This document shows positions 1-9,963 of a DNA stretch of 38,617 bases, piece by piece. A program made the translations under genes and the position numbers. The stretch comes from an uncultured Cytophagia bacterium (GTDB lineage Bacteria; Zhuqueibacterota; Zhuqueibacteria; Oleimicrobiales; Geothermoviventaceae): NCBI GenBank assembly GCA_964464205.1, contig CAYXFI010000003.1:1-38617 (forward strand). The letters are read 5' to 3'. The stretch's first letter is position 1, and every line of letters begins with the position of its first letter. Under the pieces are notes generated by a model, which had not been told where the DNA came from, did not search any database, and saw only the letters and a list, made by a program, of their open reading frames with translations.

Positions 1-752
1 AAGACGAACGACACCTTCGGAAGCCACACCGCCACCTGACGGATCAAGCGCTGATCCACCGAATAGTTCAGCTCACCCCAGAACCCCACGATGGGCCGTG
101 GGATCTGCGCCACGTCCCGAGGAACCCCGCCGTCCTGCTCCATAGCCTGGGAGAAATGATCCACATCCACTCCGTGCGGTAGAAGCACAGAGTTGGGATT
201 CTTGTGGGCCTCTTCCGCAAACAACTGCTTCCCGGCGAACACGACCAGATCCGCTTGTCGAATCAGGCGCTCGTGCAGCCGGCGCACGAGCTGGGGCACT
301 CCCTCGTACGCGGTGAACTTGTCGGAATAGTGGTAGACCGTCAGTTTCGGCCGCAAGCGGGCCAGAATTGGCTGCGCCGTGGGCATCCCAACCCACAGGA
401 TCGGATTGCGCAGGCCGTAGCGATGACTTAGCCAGCGGATCTGTCCCAGTAGAATGGCACTCGCGGCCTGAAAGAGAGCTGGCCTTCCGTAGAAGGGCAG
501 CATCACTGGACTCGCCACCACCAGGCCTTCGGCCACTCGGGTTGGGGGGCGCAGATAGCTTCGCAGCTTGTTCACCACACGGTACGCGAACGCCGCGTCG
601 CTGGTGCTGGGAAAACGGAACCCGATCGAATTCAGGAAAAGCACCCGGTTGCGGCGGGCGAAGATCTTCATCAGGTGGTTCTTGGAATGGGGGTTGTGGT
701 ACCACCAGTCCTCGCCTGCGAAGCAGATGATGTTTTCACCTTCGAGCATCAT
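1..752 (-). CDS. GT4-family glycosyltransferase (TuaH-like), 3' end runs off the window
   Basis: Not in the ORF track. Manual translation from ATG at 752 (ATGA overlap with the upstream stop) gives MMLEGENIICFAGEDWWYHNPHSKNHLMKIFARRNRVLFLNSIG...LLPHGVDVDHF...PIVGFWGEL, open to the window edge. Confidence 0.85.
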   Translation of the reverse strand, partial: MMLEGENIICFAGEDWWYHNPHSKNHLMKIFARRNRVLFLNSIGFRFPSTSDAAFAYRVVNKLRSYLRPPTRVAEGLVVASPVMLPFYGRPALFQAASAILLGQIRWLSHRYGLRNPILWVGMPTAQPILARLRPKLTVYHYSDKFTAYEGVPQLVRRLHERLIRQADLVVFAGKQLFAEEAHKNPNSVLLPHGVDVDHFSQAMEQDGGVPRDVAQIPRPIVGFWGELNYSVDQRLIRQVAVWLPKVSFV

Positions 753-1921
753 ACGGCAACGGCCTCCGCCTTGGGCCAGGGATCTGGATCCAATAGTGGT
801 TCCTCTCCACGGTAGATGTGAAGGGTTCTTCGCGCCACAACCGACCAGTCCAGGCTCACACGCGCTCTTTCCAGCATCCTCTCTGCCAGTTCCCGCCGCT
901 CGGCCGCACTCGCCAACAGGGAATCCACCGCGTAGGCGAGCTGTACCGGCGAACCGGGTTCCACGTAGCGGGCCAGGGGCCCTAAATACTCCACCATTTC
1001 CGGAAGTCGGGTACCCACCACGGGAGTGCCGTGGGCCAGTGCCTGCGAGGCGACGAAAATGGGGCTACCGCTCACGTAGGGGATCACGGCGACCGCGCTT
1101 TCCGCGAACGCCCGCTCGTACTCCTCCCGGCTCGGATGGTCCCACCAGCGCACAACCTCCGACAGCCCGAGTTCCTCCACCCTCCGCTGGCCCTTCTGCA
1201 AATCATCGCCGCGGAAATAGCCGATCACCCGCACCACCGGCAGCTCCATGCTCCTGCGCAGAATCTGGAGGGACTGGAGAAAATCTTCGAAGCCTTTGCC
1301 CGAGAACAGGTGATGGCCGCCGTAGTACACGATTCCCTCCCGCCGATCCGGAACGACGCTCGCCACCCGGGCGCCGAACGGAACCACGTGAATGCGACGG
1401 TCGTCGACACCGAGCTCCACAAGCTGTTCTTTCAACTGCCGCGAGTGAACCAGCACCGCGTCGGCCCGGTTGTACAGCCGGTAGAGGAAGCGGAGCCGAT
1501 CCGTGAACCGTTCCAGCTCGTGCACGGTGATCACCCGCCTCTGGTCGCTCGGGCTGCTGAGGAAACCCAACGCCGCAGCAGTGCCGAAGGCGTTGGTGAC
1601 CTCCTGGAAGTGCACTACGTCGGCGTCTGCAGCCAGACCGAGGAAATTGTGGCCAAATCGCCAGTCGCGAGCCAGCTTGCGCGCCATTTTCACGTTCCGA
1701 GCCGGTCCCCGCGGGTTGGTCAGGTATTCCAGATCAACGGTCCGGCAACGCGCGTCCACCAGGTTTTCAAAGCCCGAGCCATTGCGGACGGCGCAGATAC
1801 AGTCTCCGGTGATGATCGTTACCTCTTCACCCAGCTCTGCTTCCAGAGCTTCCCGCAAACCCGCGGCGTAGTCGCTGTACACCTGATTGCGGAACCAGCA
1901 GGAAATCATCGCCACTCGCAT
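749..1921 (-). CDS. GT4-family glycosyltransferase
   Basis: 390 aa with GT-B features: VITVHE, ADAVLVHS, VVPFG, KGFEDFL, ALAHGTPVVGT. GAGG-type RBS upstream. Confidence 0.88.
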   Translation of the reverse strand: MRVAMISCWFRNQVYSDYAAGLREALEAELGEEVTIITGDCICAVRNGSGFENLVDARCRTVDLEYLTNPRGPARNVKMARKLARDWRFGHNFLGLAADADVVHFQEVTNAFGTAAALGFLSSPSDQRRVITVHELERFTDRLRFLYRLYNRADAVLVHSRQLKEQLVELGVDDRRIHVVPFGARVASVVPDRREGIVYYGGHHLFSGKGFEDFLQSLQILRRSMELPVVRVIGYFRGDDLQKGQRRVEELGLSEVVRWWDHPSREEYERAFAESAVAVIPYVSGSPIFVASQALAHGTPVVGTRLPEMVEYLGPLARYVEPGSPVQLAYAVDSLLASAAERRELAERMLERARVSLDWSVVARRTLHIYRGEEPLLDPDPWPKAEAVAV

Positions 1922-2020
1922 CGTTCTCGCTCCTCAATTCAAGGAAGTTTTGCCGCCGCGCCGCACGACCACGCCTGACCGAACGGAGGCGCGGCCGACC
2001 GCACGATCCACCCGTTCCTC

Positions 2021-3214
2021 CTACACGAGACCCAGTCTGCGCACCAGCACCTGACCGACCTTCGAGCCGCGGAGCTTCTCGACCATCGACATCCGGCCGA
2101 GTCTCTCCCGAGGCCGGAACCAGAATCGCCACAGGAACATCGCCCGCGGCCTGGCGGGGTTGAAAACGTACAAGGTCACGTGCCGTCGCACGTTGTTGGT
2201 GAAGCTCATCTTCCACGGTTCCACGTGACCCATCAGATCATTCTCGCGGTAGCCGTCTTCACAGGCTCGCTGGATGGTGATGGTCTTGGCCACCAGGCCG
2301 GGTGACAGGTCCTTGTATTCCTGGTGGTAGCCAATTTTGAGGCTGTACACGGTGTCACCGTACGCCACCGCCAGATCGTAGGCCACCGGTTCTCCGTGCA
2401 AACGACACCAGGTGAAATACGACCAGCCCTGGGTCACGACGAGCTGGACCAGACTCCAGTAATAAGCCGAAGTGACGGGTTCGCTGACGATCGCCGTGCC
2501 CGTTTGTGCCTTCCAACTGTGGCGCTCAACGTGTTCCAGCGCGGTCCAAAATTCGCCGGGCACTACTTCACCGGGGATTGCCGTCCGTATCTCGAAACCG
2601 GCGGTGTTGCTCGCCTTGCGCAATTTCCGGCGGATCCGTTGGCGAAAGTGTCGCCCGCGCACGGCCAGGAAACTCTCGAAATCCCTCTCCAGAAGAACAA
2701 AAGGGCTGTGCAACCCCGGCCGCACGTACACGGGGTAACGCCCAACGAGCCAACGGCTCAGATGCGATTCCTCCGGAAGGTATTCGAAGATGACAATGTG
2801 CCAGTCCAAATCCGCGAGCAGCCGGAAGAGCCCTGCCCGTGCACCGGTCTCTCCACCCTGCCGGACGAGGGCATCGAGCGGACCAGAGTGGACGTTAGTC
2901 AGGCTGCGCACCACGCCCACCCGCAAACCGCCGATCGTTTCCTCGCCGAAACTCAGCGGCAGACCCCAACGAAGACGCTCACCATCCCTGCCGCAAGCTA
3001 CCAGAAGGTCGCGCTGCCGTCCAAAGTGACGCCACCAGTTCAGCAGCCACGGAGCGGTGGCGAAGGGACCCCGAGCCCCGGAGGCCCGCACAAGATCATC
3101 CCAGCTAGCTCGCGCCGCCTCCAGCATCTCCGGCGTGGTCCAGACCATCATCCCATCGTGCCGGGGCCGGCGAGTCGATGTGACTGTGGGCTCCGCCAAA
3201 CCGAGTCGAGACAT
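2021..3214 (-). CDS. GNAT-family protein, CelD/BcsL (Acetyltransf_6) type
   Basis: Start reassigned to ATG 3214 (MSRLGLAEP, preceded by GAGGAGG). Motifs WDDL...PFATAPWLLNWW, RQRIRRKLRK, LHGEPVAY, KIGYHQEYKDLSPG, DLMGHVEPWK. Confidence 0.85.
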   Translation of the reverse strand: MSRLGLAEPTVTSTRRPRHDGMMVWTTPEMLEAARASWDDLVRASGARGPFATAPWLLNWWRHFGRQRDLLVACGRDGERLRWGLPLSFGEETIGGLRVGVVRSLTNVHSGPLDALVRQGGETGARAGLFRLLADLDWHIVIFEYLPEESHLSRWLVGRYPVYVRPGLHSPFVLLERDFESFLAVRGRHFRQRIRRKLRKASNTAGFEIRTAIPGEVVPGEFWTALEHVERHSWKAQTGTAIVSEPVTSAYYWSLVQLVVTQGWSYFTWCRLHGEPVAYDLAVAYGDTVYSLKIGYHQEYKDLSPGLVAKTITIQRACEDGYRENDLMGHVEPWKMSFTNNVRRHVTLYVFNPARPRAMFLWRFWFRPRERLGRMSMVEKLRGSKVGQVLVRRLGLV

Positions 3215-3222
3215 TTGCCTCC

Positions 3223-4326
3223 TCACTCCTTTCCGAGTCTCGACAACAGGGTTCTCTTTGCCTGTCGCAAGGTCTGGGGCAACAGATCTCGCGAAAGGGC
3301 CAAAACGCTGCTCCCCGCCAGCACCCTGTAGGTGATCCGCCGGGAGCGAGCGAAATGCCCCTTGTAGCCCTCTTCTCCGCGCAGCATTTCGAACCACGCC
3401 ACCGAGTCCTCGATGGCTTCGCGCAGCACCAGCAGCATCAGCACCATGCCAGGGGAAAGCGCCGCAAACTCTGGATCGAAGCCGGACTGGTACTGGTACA
3501 GCTTGTCGAGGTACCGGAAATTGTACTGGGCGGCGATCGGCCTCCCGTCCAGCCTGAGCAAGACGAGCTGGGCTTCTTCGCGCATGCGATTGAGCAGCCG
3601 CGCGTGGAATTCTCGGAACCCTTCGCGCCGCGTGCTGTCTCCCTCGCGCCCCTCCCATCTGCGGTCGTGCAGAACCCAGAGAAGACGGAGGGCATCCTCC
3701 AGGGCGATCTCCTTCCCGCCGTGCCACAGCTCCCAGCGCCCACTGTTCCCGAGCTTGCGCAACTTGCGTCGCAGCGACTCTCGCGTTCTGGGGCTCAAGC
3801 GCTTCTCGAATTCCTCCACGGTGGGCGGGAGCTGAAGGTAGGGGCAGTGATAGCGTACCGCCTGCTTCACCACCCATCCCTTGTCCGAGAGCAAAGGCAC
3901 GACGCGGCGAGCCACGGCCGAGTCGGCTGCCACGTCCAGCAGATCGTACACGACCCCTCTGCCGAACTCCGCCAGCATCGCATCCAGTAGTACGGCGGTG
4001 AGGCGTTGCTCATCCGGCCAGGGCACGATCCAGTCCAGAAAATCGCTGCCCACGCTGCGGTCCCCGAGCAGGCGCAGACGTCGCTCGGTGCGGACTAGCC
4101 CCTCTCTCTCCTGCAGGTACATCGGGGCGATCGCCAGCACCTCGGCACCGTGCTGCACCGTGGCGATAGCCAGCTGATCTTCCGGCGTGGCGAAGCTCTC
4201 CCACCAGGTGAACAGCCACTCCCAGGTGCGAAAGATCTCCGGCCTGTAGCTCCGCTCGAGTAGCCGGTTCCAGTGGGGCCGCAGTTTCTCAAAGCCCGCC
4301 GTCGTCGTGATCCAGACTACTGCCAT
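3223..4326 (-). CDS. GNAT-family protein, CelD/BcsL (Acetyltransf_6) type
   Basis: Start at ATG 4326 (MAVVWITT). Motifs WNRLL...FRTWEWLFTWW, LRLDGRPIAA, YQSGFDPEFAALSPG, FEMLRGEEGYK. Confidence 0.88.
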   Translation of the reverse strand: MAVVWITTTAGFEKLRPHWNRLLERSYRPEIFRTWEWLFTWWESFATPEDQLAIATVQHGAEVLAIAPMYLQEREGLVRTERRLRLLGDRSVGSDFLDWIVPWPDEQRLTAVLLDAMLAEFGRGVVYDLLDVAADSAVARRVVPLLSDKGWVVKQAVRYHCPYLQLPPTVEEFEKRLSPRTRESLRRKLRKLGNSGRWELWHGGKEIALEDALRLLWVLHDRRWEGREGDSTRREGFREFHARLLNRMREEAQLVLLRLDGRPIAAQYNFRYLDKLYQYQSGFDPEFAALSPGMVLMLLVLREAIEDSVAWFEMLRGEEGYKGHFARSRRITYRVLAGSSVLALSRDLLPQTLRQAKRTLLSRLGKE

Positions 4327-5429
4327 CCCAGCCTCCTCAGCCAAGCGATGGCCCTCCTCCGGAGTCCATTCCCCTTCTCGAACAATCCGCCCACCGCTGC
4401 GTAGAAGAGCTCGCGCCGGAACGTCCCCCGCTCGTCGACCAGCACCTCCTCGCACAGGTTCACCCGACGCAGTCGAAGCGGGTGGTCCGAACGTCGAACC
4501 CAGCCGGGCTGCGTGGTGAAAGCCACGCGGATTCCGAGCGATCCGAGCAACCCTTCTGGTTCCGGCAAGGTGAACCCGCCGGGGTACGCGAAAGCAACGG
4601 GTTGGCGGCCGAGCTCCTGCCGAATCCTCGCCACACTGCCGCGGACCTCCTCTTCGACCTCTTCGGGACTGCAGCCGACGAACTCGAGGTGACTCACGCC
4701 GTGAGCGCCAATGCTGTGGCCCAACTCCAGCATCCGGCGAACGTGCGCCCACTCCAGTGCGGGCGGAAGTTGCTCGCGGATCCATTCGGTGCGTCCGTTG
4801 CCGCCGAAGCTGGCCAGGACGTTTTCCAGAAAAGCCTTTCGCTCGCGCCAGCCCAGCGCGGGCACGAGCCGAATCACCCGGTTCACGTCGTCCAGTCGCA
4901 TCGGGTCACCCGTAAGTCGAGCGCCTCCGTTCGCTCCGAGCTCCAGCAAGCGACGGAGTGCCCTACGAACCGGCTCCGTGAAACCCTCCTTCGCCAGAAC
5001 GAGTAGCAGATCCCACCACAGCGGAAGGGCCCCGTCTAGGAACCCCGTGGTGAGGAAGAAGCTCGCCCGAATCCCCTTCGACGTCAGAGCCGGGAGGGCG
5101 TGGTCGTAGAGATCCCGGTACCCGTCGTCGAAAGTCAGCAAGACCGCGTCGCCCTCCGGTCCACCTTCCCCGGCAAAAAGCGCCACCAGATCTTCCAGTC
5201 TTGCCACGCGAAACGCGGAGGAGATTTCGCCCAGCAGGTGCTCGAACGTGCCCGTGGACACCACCAGCGATGGGCGCAACCACTCCGAGTTTCGAGGCAG
5301 AACGCGGTGCATCGCCAGCACGAGGACCACCGGATCCCGTCGGGCAACCGCGGAAGCCTTCCGCCACCGCAGCGCTGCTTCTACCAGCCGACCGTACGGC
5401 AGCGCGATTTTGCGCGTGATCTGCTTCAT
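4317..5429 (-). CDS. Polysaccharide deacetylase (NodB/CE4 family)
   Basis: LAMHRV, LTFDDGY, IGAHGVSH and FAYPGG motifs. Overlaps its neighbours as expected in an operon. Confidence 0.9.
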   Translation of the reverse strand: MKQITRKIALPYGRLVEAALRWRKASAVARRDPVVLVLAMHRVLPRNSEWLRPSLVVSTGTFEHLLGEISSAFRVARLEDLVALFAGEGGPEGDAVLLTFDDGYRDLYDHALPALTSKGIRASFFLTTGFLDGALPLWWDLLLVLAKEGFTEPVRRALRRLLELGANGGARLTGDPMRLDDVNRVIRLVPALGWRERKAFLENVLASFGGNGRTEWIREQLPPALEWAHVRRMLELGHSIGAHGVSHLEFVGCSPEEVEEEVRGSVARIRQELGRQPVAFAYPGGFTLPEPEGLLGSLGIRVAFTTQPGWVRRSDHPLRLRRVNLCEEVLVDERGTFRRELFYAAVGGLFEKGNGLRRRAIAWLRRLGWQ

Positions 5430-6658
5430 TTCCTCACCACCTCGCCGTACACCCGGAGCAGCTCCTGGGCGACGTCCCGCCAGGCCCTCACAGGAGCGAG
5501 AGCGCGGATTTTCGCTTCGCTCCAGCCACGCGAGAGACCCCTGTACAGCGCCTCCGCGAATTGCCTCTCGTCACCTGGCTCAACCACGAGGCCTAGCTCC
5601 TCGGAGAACAGCAGGTCCGGTACCGCACCCACCCGAGTCGCCACCACCGGTCTCCCGAGGGCGAGGGCTTCGGTCACAACCGTGGGCCAGCCTTCGCTTC
5701 GGCTCGCCAATGCTACGACGTCGCTCGCCCGGATCCACAGCGCAACTTCCCGATGGGGCCGCGCCCCCACGAAAACCACCCTCCCATTGAGGCCGAGCTC
5801 GCCAGTCAGGCTGGCCAATTGGCGTCGCGCGAATCCTTCGCCCACCAAGTACAGCCGGGCGTCAGGCGCTCGCCCATCGAGTCGCGCGAAAGCGCGCAGC
5901 AGAAGGTCCACGCCCTTCACTGGAAACAGATTGCCCACATACAGGATCACCTTTGAGTTCTCCGGTACCCCGAGCCGAGCACGCGCCTCACCCCGGGAGA
6001 TGGTCCCGGCTCCCGTCCTCTCGTAGCCGTTGGGCACCACCCGCAATCGGTCAGGCACCGCGCCGAACCTCAGTGCTTCTCTGCGGAGCGAGGCCGACAC
6101 GACCACCACTGCATCCGCTCGCCTCAGCGTCCACCGGATGGCCCGCCGAATCCATCGGCTCCGATGCGGGAGAAGATTCAAATCGCTTCCGTGGCCCGTG
6201 ACCACCACGGGGAGACGCCAGATCCGGCCCAGCAGCACCGCCGCGAAACCATCGGGGAAGACGAAGTGGCCGTGGATCAGGTCCGGACGCCACCCCGGGG
6301 GCAAGAAATGCCGTGCCTGAATGGCCAGGGCTCCGGCCAGCAGCAATCCTTCGGTCGCCTCGAAGGGGCGCTTCGGCAGGTGAAACCAGCGGGGTGCAGC
6401 GCCATCCTTGAGGTCGCCAAGCGCGTGCAGGCTGCGGCGCCAATCCCGCAGCCAAGCCCGCCAGTCCTCAGCATCCCTCCGAGCCGCGATGGAAGGGGTC
6501 AGGGAGACGGGGCTGACCACATGCACGTCGGCCCAGCGGCGCAGCCACTTCACCTGGCTGGCCACGTAGGTGCCCAGCGCCGGCCTACCCGGCCGCGGGT
6601 AGTTCCGGCTCAGGACCAGCAGCCGCAGCCTCGGGCCTCTATCGCGGATCGCTGCCAC
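5426..6658 (-). CDS. GT4-family glycosyltransferase (TuaC-like)
   Basis: DLIHGHFVFPDG, VVTGHGSD, VVPNG, VGNLFPVKG, SRSEGWPTVVTEALALGRPVVAT (ExxxxxxxE motif). Confidence 0.92.
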   Translation of the reverse strand: MAAIRDRGPRLRLLVLSRNYPRPGRPALGTYVASQVKWLRRWADVHVVSPVSLTPSIAARRDAEDWRAWLRDWRRSLHALGDLKDGAAPRWFHLPKRPFEATEGLLLAGALAIQARHFLPPGWRPDLIHGHFVFPDGFAAVLLGRIWRLPVVVTGHGSDLNLLPHRSRWIRRAIRWTLRRADAVVVVSASLRREALRFGAVPDRLRVVPNGYERTGAGTISRGEARARLGVPENSKVILYVGNLFPVKGVDLLLRAFARLDGRAPDARLYLVGEGFARRQLASLTGELGLNGRVVFVGARPHREVALWIRASDVVALASRSEGWPTVVTEALALGRPVVATRVGAVPDLLFSEELGLVVEPGDERQFAEALYRGLSRGWSEAKIRALAPVRAWRDVAQELLRVYGEVVRK

Positions 6659-6659
6659 G

Positions 6660-8150
6660 TCACCCCACCCTTCCGTTCACAAGTCGCACTCTTCTTCCGA
6701 CCGCTTCCCGGAACCACTCTCTCTCCGCCCGCCCGAAGAAGCCGAACCAGTACAGCAGCAGGGGAAAGCTGAGGAACAGGGCGCTTCTGTAAGCGAGTCC
6801 CAGCATCCCGTTCGGAGCGGGCAACAACTCGCCCGCAGCGAGGATGATCCCGGCTGCGCCGACCAGTTTGCCGATCCTGCCCAGCTCGTACGGAATCGGG
6901 TACGTCCTCTGCGACACCACGAATGTGACCACCAGCATCACCGCGTGGGCGATGGCCGTGGCCCAAGCCGCACCCATCATCCCGAAGCGCGGGATGAACA
7001 GGACGTTGAGCAGCACGTTGATCCCAGCTCCCGCGAAGACGATCCCGGGGAAATAGTGCGTTCGCTTCTCCTGCATGAGGCCCCGCGCCGGGATGTTGTA
7101 GAGCCCGCGGAACACCGACGCCAGCACGATCACCGGGGTCACCTGCACCGCTCCCCAGTACTCCCGCGGGGCCATCACGGCGACGAACTGATGCCGAAAC
7201 AGAACGACTGCGAGACCGAGGACGATCAGCAAGCCGCAGTAGTAGCTCGCGGCGTACGCAAAGATGCCGGGGGCCTCAGCCGACTGCTCCGCAGCAGTGC
7301 GGTAGAAGAATGGCGCCCAGGCCAGTTCCACCGAATCGGTCACGTAGTTGATCACCTTGCTCAGTGCGTACCCGAGAGAGTACAGTCCCACCGTTTCGAG
7401 AGACAGGTAGTGTTGCAGCAGGAAGCGATCCGAGCTTTCGAGCACCACCCACCCCAGCTCCAGGAGCACGATCGGGATCCCGTAGACTAGACTCGACCGC
7501 AGCCATTGCAAGACCGGGTAGCCGCGCAGCTTCAGACTGATCATGCCCCGGAGCAAAAACCCAAAGATGCCCATGAACACGATGGTGGTGACGAACACCG
7601 CCAGGACCATCCCCAGCGCCTGGAGGCGGAACACTACGACGAAGAGAATCGACAGTCCGCCAGACCCAAGGGCGTTGCCCACAACGATCAGGACGAACTT
7701 CCACGTCTCCTCGCGGATGCGTAGCACCACGTAGGGGAGCAGTCCAAACATGCCAAAGAACGTGGCCCAGACCACCAGCAGCACGTGCGGCCAGAAGGGA
7801 ATGTCGCGCAGGACCCTCGCAAAGACTGGTCTGCCCACGAGGGTGAGAAGCAAGCTCAGGACGAACGTGAATATCGTGACGAACGCCCAGATCGAACCCA
7901 AGTAGCGCTTTCGCAACTCCTGGTCTCGAAAATCGAAATAGATGCGCGTGACCGCTGTCCCCAGCCCGAGGTGGTAGATCTCGGTGAGCCACGCGTTCAG
8001 CGCCATCAAAAGGGCGTACACGCCGTACTCACTGGCGGGCATGAAGCGCGTCACAACGGGCACAATGAGGAAAGACAGAGACTTCCTCAGGATATTGCCC
8101 AGCGTGTACACCACCGATTGTTGGAAGAATTTTCGAACCGAGCCGATCAC
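6660..8150 (-). CDS. Wzx-like oligosaccharide flippase (MOP superfamily)
   Basis: 496 aa, highly hydrophobic with many TM segments. Contains EYGVY, SDRFLL...VGLYSLG and LNVLFIPRFGMMGAAWAT. Confidence 0.9.
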   Translation of the reverse strand: MIGSVRKFFQQSVVYTLGNILRKSLSFLIVPVVTRFMPASEYGVYALLMALNAWLTEIYHLGLGTAVTRIYFDFRDQELRKRYLGSIWAFVTIFTFVLSLLLTLVGRPVFARVLRDIPFWPHVLLVVWATFFGMFGLLPYVVLRIREETWKFVLIVVGNALGSGGLSILFVVVFRLQALGMVLAVFVTTIVFMGIFGFLLRGMISLKLRGYPVLQWLRSSLVYGIPIVLLELGWVVLESSDRFLLQHYLSLETVGLYSLGYALSKVINYVTDSVELAWAPFFYRTAAEQSAEAPGIFAYAASYYCGLLIVLGLAVVLFRHQFVAVMAPREYWGAVQVTPVIVLASVFRGLYNIPARGLMQEKRTHYFPGIVFAGAGINVLLNVLFIPRFGMMGAAWATAIAHAVMLVVTFVVSQRTYPIPYELGRIGKLVGAAGIILAAGELLPAPNGMLGLAYRSALFLSFPLLLYWFGFFGRAEREWFREAVGRRVRLVNGRVG

Positions 8151-8154
8151 GTCG

Positions 8155-9963
8155 TCATCCCACCAGAGCCAGCTCTCTCTCGACTTCCGAGCGATCCGAC
8201 GGACCCACCGGGATCTCCGGAACCCGACCCACAGCGTGGCCGTGGAGCCACAGAACCAGGGTCATGAGCAGCCAGGAATAGCCCGGGTCGCGCCCCGGCT
8301 CTTCCAACCAGCGACCCACCTCATCCCAGCGTACGGGCGCGTTTCCGTACAAGTCGTGTAATTCGCGCAAGTAGCGCCCCAAGAAAGGCTTCGCACGTTC
8401 CAGCCAGAGGAGCGCTGGAGTGGCGAGCCCACGCTTGCGTCTGCGGAGCACCCGGCGCGGGACCATCGATCCGAAGGCGCGGCGGACGAGAGCTTTGTCG
8501 CGGAACCAAGGCATCCTCGCCGACAGCGGAACGCTGAACGCGAACCGCACCACCGACTCGCTGGCGAAGGGGCTGTGAAAATGAACTCCGGTCACTTTCG
8601 TCAGCACATCCATCATCCTCTGGTTCTGCTCCGCGAACCAGATTTCCCACTCGGACCGCTGGGCGAGACCAGGAGCCCGCTCATCCCCGGCTCGTTTCGC
8701 CAGCTCGTCGAAGTAGCTGGAGAGCACATCTCGGGGGAAGCCGGGCAGCAGCCGCTCGAGTTCCGACGGCTCGAGCAGGTATTCGTACCAGAGCGCCGAC
8801 TCGGCATCGGTGGGCGCGAACCACTTGCCGTCCTTGCTGTTCCATTCCGGGGCGCCGATCCAGCGTCTGGCCCAGCTCTTCAGCACCTGCGGGACCCGCC
8901 CGGACCACCACCAGGCGAGCAGCTTCCAGTAGCTGTGGCCCATGGCGAAAAGCTCGTCAGCCCCCCGACCATCCCACAGGTGAAAGCAACCATTCGCCCG
9001 CGCCGAGTTGGCGAGCAGGAACAGGGGTACAATCGCCGGATCCGCCACCGGCTCGTCGCTGTGGCGCAGAAGGAACCCGGCCATCGCCCAACCGGACGTG
9101 CGTTCGTCCACAACCAGCGTGCGAAGGGGGATACCCAACTCGCTCGCAACCTCCCGCGCGTACTCCGCATCCCAATTGAGCTGCGCCAGCGGAGAATCGG
9201 GTCTGTACAGAAGCGTGAACCCCTCCAGCTGGCGTTCGCTCGCGTCCGCCAGTACGGCCGCCACGACGCTGGAGTCCAGACCACCACTCAGCACGATTCC
9301 GGGAGCATCCACGCCGCGGCCCCCTTCGCACACTTCGCCCTCGATCCGTTTGCGCAGTTCCGATGCTCGGAGACGCCCCCTGCGCGCAACTGGAAGAGAG
9401 GCACCCGTCTCCGGAATCGGCAGCGGTTTCCCCAGCCGGATTTCCACCGACCTGCCCGGACCCACCTTCCACACGCGCTCGAACAGGGTCCAGGGCGCCG
9501 GAACACCCCACAGGCCCAGGTAGAACGCCAGGCCCACCGTGGACAGGTCGCGCCAAGCGCCCGTCAGGTGTAGCACGGGGGGCAGCGCGTTGGAGAACAC
9601 GATCGCTCCTGAAGCTGGGTGCCGCGCGTAGTAGATCGTCTCCCGGGCTGTGAGGCTGCGTCCCAGTCTCAGCCGCCCCACGTGCGGCTCGTAGCCGAGC
9701 CAGACCCGCTCACCGTCGCCCCAGGATCGTTCTCTCGAAGACGCACGGCGCTCCAAGTGCAACGTTCCGTTCGCGTCCTGCCACACAATCAGCTCCGGCC
9801 GGCCATTCTCACCGCCGTGAGTAGAGTGGACCAGACAGAGTGTGACACGACGGTCCCGCGTCCGCACCACGCGGCAGCCTCGGCCATCCAGCGTCAGAGC
9901 GCGAACGCGGGCGCGCACGTATTGGCAGTTTGGTGCGCTCAAAAAGCCGATGAAGTGACTCAT
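8155..9963 (-). CDS. Asparagine synthetase-related ATP-dependent amidoligase with a degenerate glutaminase domain
   Basis: Start ATG 9963 (MSHFIGF) overlaps the upstream stop. Has the PP-loop LSGGLDSS plus DEPVAD, GRGADELF, HSPF, DKALVR and RRKRG. No N-terminal Cys. Confidence 0.82.
   Translation of the reverse strand: MSHFIGFLSAPNCQYVRARVRALTLDGRGCRVVRTRDRRVTLCLVHSTHGGENGRPELIVWQDANGTLHLERRASSRERSWGDGERVWLGYEPHVGRLRLGRSLTARETIYYARHPASGAIVFSNALPPVLHLTGAWRDLSTVGLAFYLGLWGVPAPWTLFERVWKVGPGRSVEIRLGKPLPIPETGASLPVARRGRLRASELRKRIEGEVCEGGRGVDAPGIVLSGGLDSSVVAAVLADASERQLEGFTLLYRPDSPLAQLNWDAEYAREVASELGIPLRTLVVDERTSGWAMAGFLLRHSDEPVADPAIVPLFLLANSARANGCFHLWDGRGADELFAMGHSYWKLLAWWWSGRVPQVLKSWARRWIGAPEWNSKDGKWFAPTDAESALWYEYLLEPSELERLLPGFPRDVLSSYFDELAKRAGDERAPGLAQRSEWEIWFAEQNQRMMDVLTKVTGVHFHSPFASESVVRFAFSVPLSARMPWFRDKALVRRAFGSMVPRRVLRRRKRGLATPALLWLERAKPFLGRYLRELHDLYGNAPVRWDEVGRWLEEPGRDPGYSWLLMTLVLWLHGHAVGRVPEIPVGPSDRSEVERELALVG

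Noticed and set aside
73-705. 210-aa minus-strand ORF in the track
   Set aside because: Wrong frame. The overlapping frame starting at 752 encodes a recognisable glycosyltransferase.
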